DNA from: Vicugna vicugna
Taxonomy: Eukaryota
DNA length: 64,000 nt
Assembly: GCA_013265495.1 (NCBI GenBank)
Contig: MU058451.1
Span: 1,464,167 to 1,528,166, forward strand
Direction of reading: 5' to 3'
Below, one piece after another: positions 51,956-64,000 of the stretch; the first letter of the stretch is position 1, and the number at the start of each line of letters is the position of its first letter. The notes below the pieces were generated by a model. It was not told the origin of the DNA and did no database searches. It saw only the letters and a program-made list of their open reading frames with translations. The position numbers and the translations under genes are program-made.

Positions 51956-53510
51956 GTCTGCTATAAAAAATGTATTCTTTTGATTTTTTTAGAATTAACT
52001 GCATATATACATGTGGAGGCATGGAAGTACCTCTGAGACTGCTGTGACCACCCTGTCACCAAGGTAAGTCTGTCCTCACATTATCCACAAATTGTTGGTC
52101 CAGAGTAATTCCAAGTGACAAAAGGGAATACAGGCTGCCACCACCCTCGTGGACAGCGCCCCACTGCAGTGGAGCTGATAGACTGTTAGGAGAGTTATCC
52201 CAATATGCGACATGTTTTCCTTCCAATAACATTGTGAATTGCGTGCTCATTTTAAGGCTTGACTTAGTTGATGCTATGAATCCAAACCACGTTCTGAGCT
52301 CCTGTAAGAATGCAGTGCTTCTGGGTATTAGCTTTGTTTTCTTAGTGACATCAGTTTGTTTTAACATTCCCATCAGGGATTCTGTTGTGAGAGGAGATGT
52401 AAATTAGGCTTTATTTTGTTTATTCTGAGTGGCTCATGAGCAGAATTTTGATGAAATGGTCTTTGAAAATCCAGAAGACCCTGCACACTGTGGTAGCCTA
52501 ATCCAGTTTCTCCTTTGCTATCCCATCTGACATCCTTCTGGAAAAAAAGAATGAGTATTTTAGACAGGAGACAAACTCAAGGGAAAGAAGGGGTTGGGGG
52601 GTGGAATGGGGGCCAGATGAGAACTTTAGTTTTGGTGAAACGTATCTGCTCATTTGCTGTTCCGATTCTCAGTCTGCCAGCTTCCCCTGCTTCTCCACTC
52701 TGGTTGACTCCCCCCCACCGCATGGTAAGCTGCTCCAAGGAGCAATTTATAAACTTGCAGTTCATATCCTGGTTGCTGTTCCAGGACTGACATGAAATTA
52801 AATCAGTCTTGAGTGGTGCAGGATACAAAAACTACCTTCCGAGTTTACGGAGCCCTCCACAACTCCTCATAAATCTTGGAAAGGTGGCATTCCACCAGTA
52901 ACTGCCCAGTTTCTTTACTCTCAAAAGGACCTTGAAATGGAAACAATGAAGTTTTCTTTGAGGCCATATTTCATACCGCAAAGAGAAAGATGTACATGGG
53001 AGCCACATTCTTAAGCACCCTTTCCAACTCTGGGGCAAGCACTTGGTAAGACAGAGTTAAAAAAGCCCTTAACTCACTCCTCTACCTTCCACATTATTGG
53101 GGCCACAGGGTCTGGAAACACCCACGAAAAGTTGACTGGACCCACAAAAGTTCTTTGTTGTTTTTTTAGAGCAGAAGGTAAGTTTTTGAAAACTCGATGA
53201 GCCTATAAACATGCCTTTTCTACAAATGTGTCACTCCTCAGTTTCTAAGGACTCTGAAGCATGTTGCTGGGAGCTCAGCAGTGTCGCTGAGAAAAGATTT
53301 GAAGCAGATGCTGGGACATGATTGTGTGCTGAACTCCACCTAATGTTAACTCACATGTTTTAATGTTTTCAAACTAAGTCTTAAATTGAGTCAAATCTGC
53401 CCTAAAATCTTGGGACAGAGTCAGTTATCAAGTCCCGTGCAAAGTGTTTTTTAAGCATCAACGCTTAATTTTCCCCAAACCACTCTGAGCAAAGCATTAT
53501 TATCATCCCT

Positions 53511-54011
53511 TGTGATGTTTAATTTTATGTGCCCACTGGCTTGGCCACGGTACCCATGGTACCCAATTTGGGGCTAAGCATCAGTCTAGATGTCACTGGG
53601 AAGGTGTGTTTTAGATGAGACTAGCATTTAAATCAGTAAATTTTGAGTAAAGCAGTTGACCTTCTATGATGTGAGCAAACTCATCTAATCAGTTGAAGGC
53701 CTGAAGTAAATAAGACTGAACTCCCCTGAGGAAGCGGGAATGCTGCCTCCAGACTGCTTTTAGACTCAAGCTGCAGCCTCAGCCCTTCCCTGGGTCTCCA
53801 GCCCCCAGGCCTGCCCTGTATTTTTCACACTTGTCAGCCCTCAAAATCATATGCACCAGTTCCTTAAAATAAATCCCCCAAAAGTAAATGGATAAATAAT
53901 ATATATATATGTATATCTAGATATATTATATGTATGTGTGTGAATATTATGTTATATGTATATGTAGATCTGGATATATAGAGAGTTCTCTGGAGAATGC
54001 TGACAACTACA
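53511..54011 (+). mobile_element. ERVL solo LTR (MLT2-like) nested in a MIR
   Basis: tgtgatgtttaattttatgtg...tttaaatcagtaaattttgagtaaagcag...ctctggagaatgctgacaactaca. MIR halves at ~53430-53510 and ~54012-54110. Confidence 0.9.
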
Positions 54012-54565
54012 TCTTCATTTTACAAATGATGAAAGCAAATCTCAGAGAGAACCAGCAACTTGCTATAGGCCACACAGCTAGGTAGAAGCAGGGTAGAGTG
54101 TGGGCTGCCCTTTCTTGCAAAGCCATCATCCTAGTCCAACTAGAGCCCAGGTTCCTCCCAGCCTGAGGCCAAGAACCACATGAGGGGCGTGTGAGGAGCT
54201 GGTTGTGTTTAATCCTGTCATCGCTTTATTGGAAAGCTTTCCACTGCAGCCCGAGGGAAGGCAAATGATTTGCTTGGATGAATGTGGCCACCAGTGCGTT
54301 CTTTCCCTTAATCTAAACAGAGCCTCAGGCACACTCCATTGATCATGCCTTCAAGCTGAAAGGTTGCCTTAATGCTGGCCAGCAAATATTATGTTTCTCA
54401 TGCTGTCAACCACATTTCCTGATCTACTCTGATGAGATACATAAACAGCTTCAGTAAAACAGAGCCGGAGCTTTGCTGTTCAAAATATAAGATAAGGCCT
54501 CCATAAAGATTCATCAACAGCAGAGACGCTGTCTGTGCTAGGCCTGAGCCCTCAGAGCTCACAGC

Positions 54566-54566
<1 letters not shown>

Positions 54567-54603
<37 letters not shown>
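54567..54603. repeat. (TG)n microsatellite
   Basis: Directly visible. Confidence 0.95.
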
Positions 54604-54606
<3 letters not shown>

Positions 54607-55672
54607 AAGAAGGGTCACTGGGCAAATAGCGATGATTTATAATCACGTTTTAGTAGTGGCTGGTGCTCTGGCTAAGGGATGCCTTGGGGAGAAGAGAGGG
54701 TTAAAATAACTGAGCAGGGTCACAAAGTGGTCTCGCATTCATGACCCAGCACATGGTTGATTGACGTTCCTAAAAGTTACTCAGTCATTTTATATCTGCT
54801 AAGAATTGTCACCCTGTCCCAACTAAGAACAGGGAAGAGGTGGGCTGATGCCTGCAAGGTATAGAAGGCTTGTGAAGGAAGGATAAGGACTCTCCTAAAA
54901 TTCAGTTAGAGAAATGAAGCAATCAAATCCAAACATCTTATACCTCCAAACCATCATGCCTGCTTCAGATACATCTTATACTATAAACACATGCAAGGCA
55001 GGAAAAATTTTTAGAATTTTATTGCAGATATGTGTGTTTAATTTATTTTTCTAACATTTGTCCTGATGATGGACTAAAGGGTTTTTCTGGTTCCAGCTTC
55101 TTTGAAGGAGAACATATGCCTTTTCTAGATGCTTTTTGGTATTTGTTTTTCTGAAGGGTTAAAGGATAATCAGTATCAGTTTTAAAACAGAAAATGTAAA
55201 GTGAGAGCAAGAAGAGAATTATACAAAATTGCTCAATGGGAGAATGTAAGAAGTTAACATACTAGGTGAAGTTTTAATGTGCATTAATATTTATATGTAA
55301 CTCTAAAAGACATTTTGCTCACATAAAGAGCTGAGTACTCGCCACTTTAAAGATCACTTACCATTTTCCTAAACAAACCAATACAATTTCTACTCAATAC
55401 TAAGAATAATTGCCAACTTCTATTGAGTATTTACTGTGTTCCCAGGACTATTCTAAGTACTTTATACAAACTAGCTGAGAAAATCCTGCCAGCAACCAAA
55501 GAGTTTGCTGCTTTTTTCCCCCCCTCTCTTAATCTCAGTCTATAAAATTATACATGCTAAATTAAATCTTTCTTGAACTAGACTAGTATTCTCCCAGATT
55601 TGGGTTAACATCAAATATAAATGTCTTTTATTTTCCTGAGATAGTAGTTTTATTTTCTTGGAATTATCGTAA

Positions 55673-55790
55673 CCAGTGGTTCCTATGTCTAGCTGTTCAT
55701 CAAATTTATGTGAGGAGCTTTCAAAGCTACAAGTTCCTGGGCCACACCCCCAACTGTTGGATCTATAAGGGGGGGATCTATAAGGCGGGG
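55673..55790 (+). mobile_element. hAT-Charlie MER5-like fragment
   Basis: cagtggttcc...ggagctttcaaa...cctgggccacacccc. Confidence 0.5.
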
Positions 55791-56664
55791 AGCTGGCATT
55801 CCAGCAAGGAAGGTGCTATTTTTATTCCTGTCACAGAAGAAGTAACCGAGTCACCTATGAGGTAAATAATGGCCTGAAGTTACACTGATAGTAAGTGGAA
55901 GAGCTAAAGGCAAACAAGGATGGCTGTAGGGGGTTTGCAGTTATACTCTGGTTAGTCAGTGCTGTTTGTGCTTCTATAACAAGGAACATACTTTCTTTGT
56001 ACAAAGTACTCAAATGCTAAATGCTAAAACGAGATTAGGCTGCACTGAAGGGTACACTTGGGGAACTTGGGCCAGCTCTCTGAGGCTTCCAGAAAAATAA
56101 ATAGATTTGGACTATCTTTCATTCTTTCCTTTAGATCAAATATCCTTAGGTTTGTTCACCTCAGTCTATAAAATTATACCTACTAAATTTAATGCTATAT
56201 ATATGCTAAGTATACTGCTGAGTATCACTTAGCTTATACATGCTAAGTTTAAATGCTAGATGCAAATGGGTTTCACTTGTTCGATGGACTGGAGAGAACC
56301 CTTCAGACTCATGCGGATCTGTGTGCACAGCTGTACAGACATTTGGGACCATAGGCATTTTCGGGAAGAACAGACGTAACCAGACGTAACCCTGACCTAC
56401 AGTCAGCAGACAGGGTCCTGGTCACTTCCTGTCTGCTCAGCCCTGAGCCAATCTCAGGATCTCTTTGGGGTCACTTCTAGTTTTTGCATCTAAGTTACAG
56501 GGTCCCCCAAAGGACAGTGCCCCAGGTACTCTCCAATGAGGAGTTCTACAGCTTCCCAAACAAAGGCTTAGAACAGAGGGGCGGGGCCAGCATTTGAGAA
56601 GCCCATTTCTGAATCAAGGCAAATTCTTAATAAGAAACAAAAGTGAATCTCTGATAAAATCCAG

Positions 56665-57040
56665 ACATGGATGGACCTAGAGATTATCATACTAAATGAA
56701 GTAAATCAGACAAAGACAAATATCATATCACATATATGTGGAATCTAAGAAAAATTATACAAATGAACTGATTTAGAAAATAGACTCACAGACATAGAAA
56801 ACAAATCTATGATGATCAAAGGGGAAAGGTGGGGAGAGGGCTAAATTAGGAGTTTGGGATTAGCGGATACAAACGACAGTATATAAAATAGGCTACTGTA
56901 TAGCACAGGGAACTATATTCAGTATCTTGTAATAAACTGTTATGAAAAACAACATACATATATAGTATAACTGAATCATTATGCTGTACACCAGGAACCT
57001 ACACAAGTATATCAAGTATACTTCAATTTTTTAAAAAAAA
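56665..57040 (+). mobile_element. Cetartiodactyl-type L1 3' end with TSD
   Basis: acatggatggacctagagattatcatactaa...agactcacagacatagaaaacaaa...ctactgtatagcacagggaactatattca...poly-A. TSD aaaatccaga(c/t)atgga at 56656-56671 and 57038-57053. Confidence 0.92.
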
Positions 57041-58539
57041 ATCCAGATATGGAGAGCCTTAGAGAAGGTCCTTCCCTTCAGTTCACATTGGCTTGCTTGA
57101 CATGACATTACCAAGCCATAGGTGGTGGGGAAGGACAGGGTGCACTTAGTTTTCCATCTGTGGAAGGGAACATTCTGTTCCATTTGCTATTTTAAAAGTT
57201 CTCGCAACATACTTCCCCACATTTTCTAAGGAAAGGAATTTTATGTTATAAACATTACAGTCAGGACCTTTACTGTAACAGTAGGTTTTTTCCTTAATTT
57301 TCTCTTAATTCCCAAGTACACAATACAGAGATAAACAGATCTAGCCTTTTTCCATTTAAAGCTCTGAAGTGTTTATATATAAATCCAGGAGCACTGCAAT
57401 CCAGTGCACAGAGTGATACAGATCGAGTTACTCTGCCTTACACTGCATTCTTTGGTTGTAACTTCCTGTTTATTTAAGGTAAAGAAGGGTCTTGTTCCCA
57501 CAGCCTGGAATTAGATATAAGCCGTGTGCACCCACCAGAGCTGGACTTACAAGGACCATCTCTGTTTTTTAAACAAGCTGTGTTTACTCTAACCTCTACA
57601 GGGTTTAGACCTGCCCATTTCCTCATTATGTTTATGCTGCATAGCTCTATTTACGTATTTCTTCCAAAACCCTATGATAGTAGCTGCACACATTGTGATT
57701 TCTTTCCACTATAATGTAACACCTTTTTCTCGTATATCACATCTGGCAACTGCTACCTTATGGCACTGCCAGATCTACTGTCTTCTGCTGTTCACTGTTG
57801 ACTACCTGGTAACATCTGAAATAAACATGAAATTGACACAGATCCACTTTATAAAATAAATAGAACAATTCTGTGCAGCCCCAACTTTATGAAATGCGAT
57901 TCATTCCACCGTACCTAAGTTTACTTAAATTGAAAGAAATGTTGGTCTCCCCAGCCGAAGAGTGATCAGCTTGTCCAATGAGGCTGAGCTTTGCCTGTCC
58001 TTAGTGTCTTCATCCTTACTTGCCAGTTGGGGGCCCCTGCATTGCTGACTACCTACAAGGGCCTTTGTGCCCTCTTGCCATAATGCCTTGCAACGGTGAT
58101 TACTGATTCAGCCCTTTGCCTTCAAAGCAAGTACCTAAGAATTGCTCATTTTTGGTTTCTGACTAATCTTCCTATTTTCAGATGCAATGCTGACTAATCT
58201 TCCTATTTTCAGATGTGGTGCTGAGTGGACTTACAGAAATGCAAAGTAAGGAGGTAGTTTAAGAATTAGCAAAAGTCTTTAATGAGAAATTGATTTAGCA
58301 TCGAGGGACATCCACGTGGGGAGCTGGAACACATTTTGAGAGTATCTTATAATCTTATAACTAGACCTACACATGAGTCCCTGCCCAGTGACAGCAGATA
58401 AATAGGTCAGATCTTCTGGAAATTCTAGAGAACAGTTAAGTGATGACCCTTCTCAGTTTCTGTTTCTGTTCTGATTCAGTTTTAACTCTTGTAGGGTATT
58501 ACAGACTTTTACATTGTCCTGAATATTGCTCTTCTGCTC

Positions 58540-58721
58540 CAGTATATGTCAACCTTGGGCTATTGAATTTTGGGTCTAATTCTTTGTTGTGGAAGCTGTC
58601 CTATACATTGTAGGATATTTGGCATCGTACTCATTAGATGCATGTAGCATTCCCCCCACCCTAATTGTGACAACCAAAATGTCCCTGTCCCCTGTTCTCT
58701 GCCCCACATTGAGTACTACTG
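58540..58721 (+). mobile_element. hAT-Charlie MER20-like MITE
   Basis: cag...tcaaccttgg...taattctttgttgtgg..gctgtcct...cattgtaggat...ttgtgacaaccaaaatgtc...ttgagtactactg. Confidence 0.8.
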
Positions 58722-60447
58722 CTTTAATCCTCTACTCCTAAAGTCACAGAGGGCAGAGTAGGGAGCAAGCTGCATCTTTGTCAAGTGGATGAAGGTATGT
58801 ACTTCCTATAAGCCAAATGCAGACCCTAGAGAAGGGAGTCAGCCACTCCCCATCTTATAAAGGACCCTTCCCTAGAGGGCTTCCAGCCAGCAATGAAGCA
58901 CCTAAACCAAAAAGGCTGGATATATGACATGGGATATAAAGATGAGGGGTGGGAAGGCAGAAGTAACTAGCAGAGGGAGAGAACACACACCAGGGAGCTG
59001 CAGTTAGAGGTCCCCAGCAGAAGACTCTCAAAAACTCACACTAGCATCTCATGAAAGAGTTCACTCTGGATGTTTGCTGGAGGGTACCAATGTTAGATCA
59101 GAGCTGCACTATTCCATTAAGACTCCTCCTTTTCCCCTCGCTGTAGGACAAAAGGCAGCATACTGAATGTGGGAGGAAGGACTGATGAGGAGAGAGAGGA
59201 GAGGACAAATATGACACAGCCTCTCCACACTGCAGGCTCCTAAAGCAAGCCAGGCTAGGACAGGGGAAATATGCTAAATTAGGTGAGAACCTTTCGTTTT
59301 CAGATTGAACTTTTCATTACCTCAAAGTGACTGGAAGGTTTTTTGCCAATGGGCAAAGAGAAGTAAATCCTGAGTGAGTTTGTCAGACTTAAAATTGCTT
59401 TTCAGCCTGTAATTTACCAAGTTCTTCAGACTGTAACAGGCATATGCCCATCTTTGAGGTCTTCAAACTAGATGAAAACAGTAAACATTCGGCACTTAAA
59501 TTTCCAATTGTAAAATGGAACAGACATTCAGTAGGAAGCTGAAATGCCCTAAAGAAGGAAAACATTGGCTCCTGTTAACCAATTGTGCCAACTCCACCCT
59601 CTCTTGGACTCTTGTGCTGGACACAGTTGACTTTTCTGGGTATTAAGTTCTAGCTTCTTGTATTTTCATGAATGTCTTCGTCTTCTATCCTGCAGTGATA
59701 AGACACATCACTGACCACTCTCCTCTCTAGATGCAGTGAGGGAACAGCCATAAGCTCCTGCTGCATCCAAGCCTTTTAAAGAACACATTAATAAGTGAGA
59801 CTGTAGCCACAGGATGACAACCAAGGAGTGGACTGATCAACCAAGGTAGAATATTTTATTTAAAAATGTTGGAGGAAATGAGCTTGTATATAAAGAGAAG
59901 GGAAAGAATGAAATAATGGAATCCACACTAATCATCTTTCAATTTATAAAATTAAAAAGGGAAAATTGTGTGCTAACCAAGAAGACTAGCTGGGGCAGGG
60001 GTTAGAGGAAGCAAATATAAAGTGAAAACACGGCCTGTTTAAGACTTTGGCTGTGCTGGTGATTGATGGCTCCCTGTCAGGAAAACACGTGAAGAGTTCT
60101 TGAACTGGATAAAATAACATTTTTTTTTTTAGTGGATGAAATCAGCATTATTGTAGTCTGTTCATTTATTGGTGGTTTTTGGGGTCCCTGTGAACACTGG
60201 GTCTGGTCTGGGGCTGCTTTGGGCTCTCTGTTTATTATCATCCTCATTGCCAGTTTCTTCTTTCTGGCTCTGAGGAAGGCTAGGCCTGCTTTGTCTTCAG
60301 ACCAGCCCCTACCCCTTGCCCCAGCTTGGCCTGCACGAGAAGACAAGGCAGGGCCTCTGAGTGTAGATGAGGAATAAACTCCTCCAGCCCAATGAGTCAC
60401 TAGCAGATTTTGCCTATCAGATACTGGTCAAGAAGAAAATGGTCTTC

Positions 60448-60868
60448 TTTTTTTTTTTTCTAGCTTTATTGAGATATAATTGACACATAACATGAGTTTA
60501 AGGTATACAGTGTGTTGATTTGAAACAGTTATAAAATGCAAAGTGATTTTACCACTATAGTATTAGCTACTACCTCTATCCTATCACATAGATCCTATTT
60601 CTTTTTTTGTTTTTGTAGTGAGAGCATTTAAGATCTCCTCTCTTAGATTGGCAGGTGAGGGAAGGAGATGGAGAGAGAGCCGTTCACTATGTGCATTTTT
60701 GTGTGTTTTGGGTTTTGAACCATGTGAATGGATTAGCCATTCAAAAATTAAAATGAAATTAAAAATAAAACTGCCCAAGGATACGTACAGACACATAAAA
60801 TTTAGTCTTTCAAACTGTTCAGGTATATGGTACAGTGTTATGAACTATAATCACCATGCTGTACCTTT
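60448..60868 (-). mobile_element. L1MA-like 3' end, interrupted at ~60650-60805
   Basis: Poly-T, agctttattgagatataattgaca...gtgagagcatttaagatctcctctcttag, resuming at ...caggtatatggtacagtgttatgaactataatcaccatgctgtac. Confidence 0.8.
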
Positions 60869-62137
60869 TATTTAATCTTCCCTTTTGGAAGACTAGTCTC
60901 TCAGTCATGAACTTCAGCTTCTGGCCCTCCTTCTGCTCTTGAGCGAACTCTTTCAGAGAACTGATGCTGTCATTCACTGTGCCCACCTGCTGGGGTAGAC
61001 ATGTTTTCAGGGCCTGGCTGGCCCTGAAGCTCATCCTCTGTTCCATGTGCTGCTCCATGTGATAGGTCTTAACTGAATACCTGTCAAATGAATGAATCAG
61101 CCAGCCAAGAAAGTTTAATTTTATTTTTATTTCTGGAGAAATAGTTTTTGTTGTATTTATAACAGTAATAGGATGAAGATACGTTTTAAAGTCATGTCTG
61201 TCAGTCAATTAGAAGGATTCATTGTGTGCTCATTAGAAGATAAATTATCACAGTAGTGAATTATGTTTGCCTTCAGTCTCCGTGGAACTAAAATCAGCTG
61301 AAGCATAATCAGTAGAAAAAGACCAAAGAAGAATGGCAACACAGCTGGCAGAGGCTGGACAAAGGAAAGCTCCTTTAACATCCAGTTACCATAGAAAACC
61401 AGTAGTTACTTAGAACAGTGCCTGCTGCATACGGAGTACCCAGTGTCAGGATGATGACGATGCTCTCAGGATAACAAGATAATTTCAAGTGGTAGAGACA
61501 GTTAAGACATTAATGTCAAATCACACACTGATGAAGTTATTTCCTTTTAAATTCAATTTCAGTTATTCTGATGATCTCCAGGAATGTTGCCAGATGGCAC
61601 TAGTGTATCTTCTACACTTACTGATGTTTGATCTTTGAGCAGACCTCAAGCTCAGGGCTCAGATTTAATAGCGTGTTTTATTTTCATTGCATTTATTTTT
61701 ATATTATATATATATGATATTATATTTGTATTATATATTTATATTATATATACATATATATACAGATGATACTGATTTTTATTAATGGTAGTGTTTAAAG
61801 TTTTCTTTAAAGTAATATTTATTTATGTAGATAAAGCAAGTCAATTGAAGGAAAATGTGAGGTTACGAATAGAACAGGAGGTATGTAGATCAGGCAAAAT
61901 CCTGATGATAGAAGGACCACTACCTGGCCACCTGATTGGCACAGATGGTCTAGAAAATAATCCTTCCTGCTTCAGATTACTGTCGGAGAGAAGGAAGCAC
62001 CCACTGGAGGCTACACTACCCGTCAGATGCCTTGGCTCTCTTCCCAGCTCTCCTGCAGAGCTGGTAGTTGGATATACTCATAGAATCCTGTTCAGCAGCA
62101 GGTAGAACTCCTCCACAAAAGATGTAACACTTACCTC

Positions 62138-62334
62138 CAGTTGTGCACAGGTAAATGGTTAACAGTGGTGGCTCCGGGGAAGGCCTGGTTTGTGACATTT
62201 GCTGATTCAGTGATCTAAGTACTTCACCTTAGCTGATTCAGGCATGGCTGTGTTTAACACATGCTGACAAAATTCCTGAAGATGTGACAATTTCCTATGG
62301 GGAGCCAGTACCAGCAGGCTCCAGCACCCCTCTG
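62138..62334 (-). mobile_element. hAT MITE, MER63A-like
   Basis: Ends ggagccagtaccagcaggctccagcacccctctg, approximately the reverse complement of the MER63 5' end. About 200 bp long. Confidence 0.6.
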
Positions 62335-62399
62335 TAAGTCATCTCCAATGTAAGCATTTGATCATGGAACTACGTTTTTCCCCACGTCCATCTTTTCTT

Positions 62400-62520
62400 C
62401 TAAATTTTAAGCTCTATGAGAAAAGAAACTCCATCTGTCTTATTCACCATGGTAACTCCCATGCCAGGTGCAGTTCTGACACCCAGCAGATGCCTTACAA
62501 ATACTTACTAGCTGATGCTT
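62400..62520 (+). mobile_element. L2 3' tail
   Basis: taagctctatgag...tctgtcttattcacc...ctgacacccagcagatgcc...aaatactt. Confidence 0.7.
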
Positions 62521-62644
62521 ATTGGTGGATGATCTGAGATTTTAAAAAGTTCCCACAAAGGCCCCAGTTCCTTAAATCGTCCAGATTTCTTAAGCTTAGG
62601 AAAGTTTGGTGGGTTTTGGTTTTGTTTTTGTTTTCTTGGAGCAG

Positions 62645-63205
62645 TAGACCGGCGCGGCTCCACAGTTTCAAAGAGCAAGTGTATATTCTCCTAAGCCCGA
62701 GATGAACTGGGGCTGGAAGGAAGCAGAGCAGGGCCTACCAACTCAGGTCCCCTGGGTTCAAGGGCTCCTGCCTCCCGCAGCCCGGCCCACTCGCCAGGAG
62801 TTGCCCCCATGCCACCCACCCGCCCTCCTGGTTAGTGTCATGAGGAAACTCCCCGCTGTTAGGAGAGCCTTGGCGAGTCAGGGGAGTCCGAACTGGAGGC
62901 CCTACCCCGATGACAATTGGGGGGGGCATTCCGGCCTGCGCCATCGGGGGTGGGGGCGGCGGGGATGGGCCGGCGCGGCAGTGCATACCGCTCCGAAAGG
63001 AGGGCTGGGGCACTGCCACTCGGGGACCGGGAGGTGGCGCTCGGCTCGGGTGCAGGGAGGCGGGGCCGATGGCGTGGGCGCAGAATGCTAGTCCCCAGCG
63101 CTGTTTCCCAGGCCACCTGCGAGACCACCTGCAGGACCACCTGCGCGGCCACTAGCCGTCCCTGGAGGTGGGTGGTGATAGGCTGGGGTGCGCTCAGCGT
63201 CGCAG
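62645..63205. promoter_or_regulatory. CpG/GC-rich island, candidate promoter or enhancer
   Basis: Sharp rise in GC content and intact CpGs compared with the rest of the window. GC-box-like gaggcggggc at ~63057, G-runs, and three CACCTG E-boxes. Confidence 0.7.
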
Positions 63206-63599
63206 ATGAAGTACCAAACTTCTCTCCCCCTTTCAGTTTAGGATTGGTGACATCTCTTTCCTCTAAAAGGCAGCGACCTTCAGGGACCCGCACTTATCCT
63301 TTGGGGATGAAGGGGGTGTTACTTCAGTGGCTTAAAAGGAAACTATCCTTCGTGTTCCAGCTGTCTGCCTGTCCTGCTCCCAACTGCTGTGTGCAGAGCC
63401 TGTGCAGGACGGCAGTGTCAGCTGGGCTTCAGAGCCACGGAAGCTGGCTGAGAGGAAGTGGCCATAGACAGGACATTTCCCCCCAGCCTGGGACCCCAGC
63501 CTGGAGAAAACCTACTTATTTCCTATAGTACCTCCGGCCTGGGAACTTAAAAGTACTAGTGAAGAAACCCTACAGGCCGAGATACCTTGATTCTGTTTC

Positions 63600-63735
63600 C
63601 AGGGTCCTCACTAGAGGGCCGCTTACTGACCTTTATTTTAGCAAGTTACTGAACTTCTCTGGACCTTAGTTACTTCCCAAAAAAGATGGAGTTGGACCAA
63701 GTGACTGTTAAGGTCCCTTTCAGCTCTGACAATCC
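63600..63735 (+). mobile_element. MIR (MIR3-like) fragment
   Basis: gcaagttactgaacttctctggaccttagtt...gagttggacc...taaggtccctttcagctctgaca. Confidence 0.7.
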
Positions 63736-64000
63736 AAGATGCCAAGATTCTGCTTCCTGACACTATAAAAATATAACACAATCTCTTCTTTTAGGAATAT
63801 TGTACACTTACAGGGAACAAGACAAATGCCACAGGCTTGCTTCACATATGGCAAAACAAAATTAATAAAATACATATTTAAAAGATTCAGTATGTATTAA
63901 AAGCCCAAGTGCAAAGTGTTTAAAGCATCTGACAAGGAATGGATGACAGCAATCAGATAAATAAATAAAAGGATGAACTGTGTGCCCTCTGTTTCCAAAG

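Noticed and set aside
52141..52172. REST/RE1 or CTCF site around ggacagcgcc
   Set aside because: Only the right RE1 half matches, and the CTCF core match is poor.
58790..59400. Possible ancient Gypsy-type LTR (similar text at ~32660-33100)
   Set aside because: Resemblance is vague, with no termini or TSD that I can define. Needs a Dfam search.
62702..63528. Long overlapping ORFs (203, 144 and 129 aa) as a protein-coding gene
   Set aside because: Open frames on both strands in GC-rich DNA with G/R/A/P-biased, domain-free translations. This is expected from stop-codon scarcity.
1..64000. CRISPR arrays, operons or other prokaryotic systems
   Set aside because: The sequence is mammalian. There are no repeat-spacer arrays and no gene-dense regions.

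Overview
Mammalian genomic DNA, most likely from a camelid: it carries two tRNA-derived SINEs of the camelid Vic-1 type and cetartiodactyl-type L1 3' ends. I see no intact cellular protein-coding gene. The supplied ORFs are chance frames, simple-repeat artefacts, or decayed L1, Tigger or ERV coding sequence, so the window looks intergenic or deep-intronic. About half is recognisable interspersed repeat (L1, L2, MIR, MaLR/ERVL LTRs, hAT and Tigger DNA transposons). The main structures are: (i) a decayed minus-strand class I ERV provirus at ~38.0-44.7 kb with two LTRs, a tRNA-Leu primer-binding site, gag, RNase H, integrase and env remnants, and an opposite-strand solo LTR nested in gag; (ii) a retroposed 5' half of tRNA-Met(CAT) with a perfect 16-17 bp target-site duplication at 10.55 kb; (iii) a CpG/GC-rich island at ~62.6-63.2 kb with a 12-bp-periodic CACCTG E-box array; (iv) several repeat-free, motif-dense candidate enhancers; (v) an unexplained AT-rich block at 49.4-51.2 kb with faint integrase-like and exon-like signals. 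Repeat family names were assigned by eye from remembered consensus sequences, and boundaries are approximate unless a TSD or terminus is quoted.
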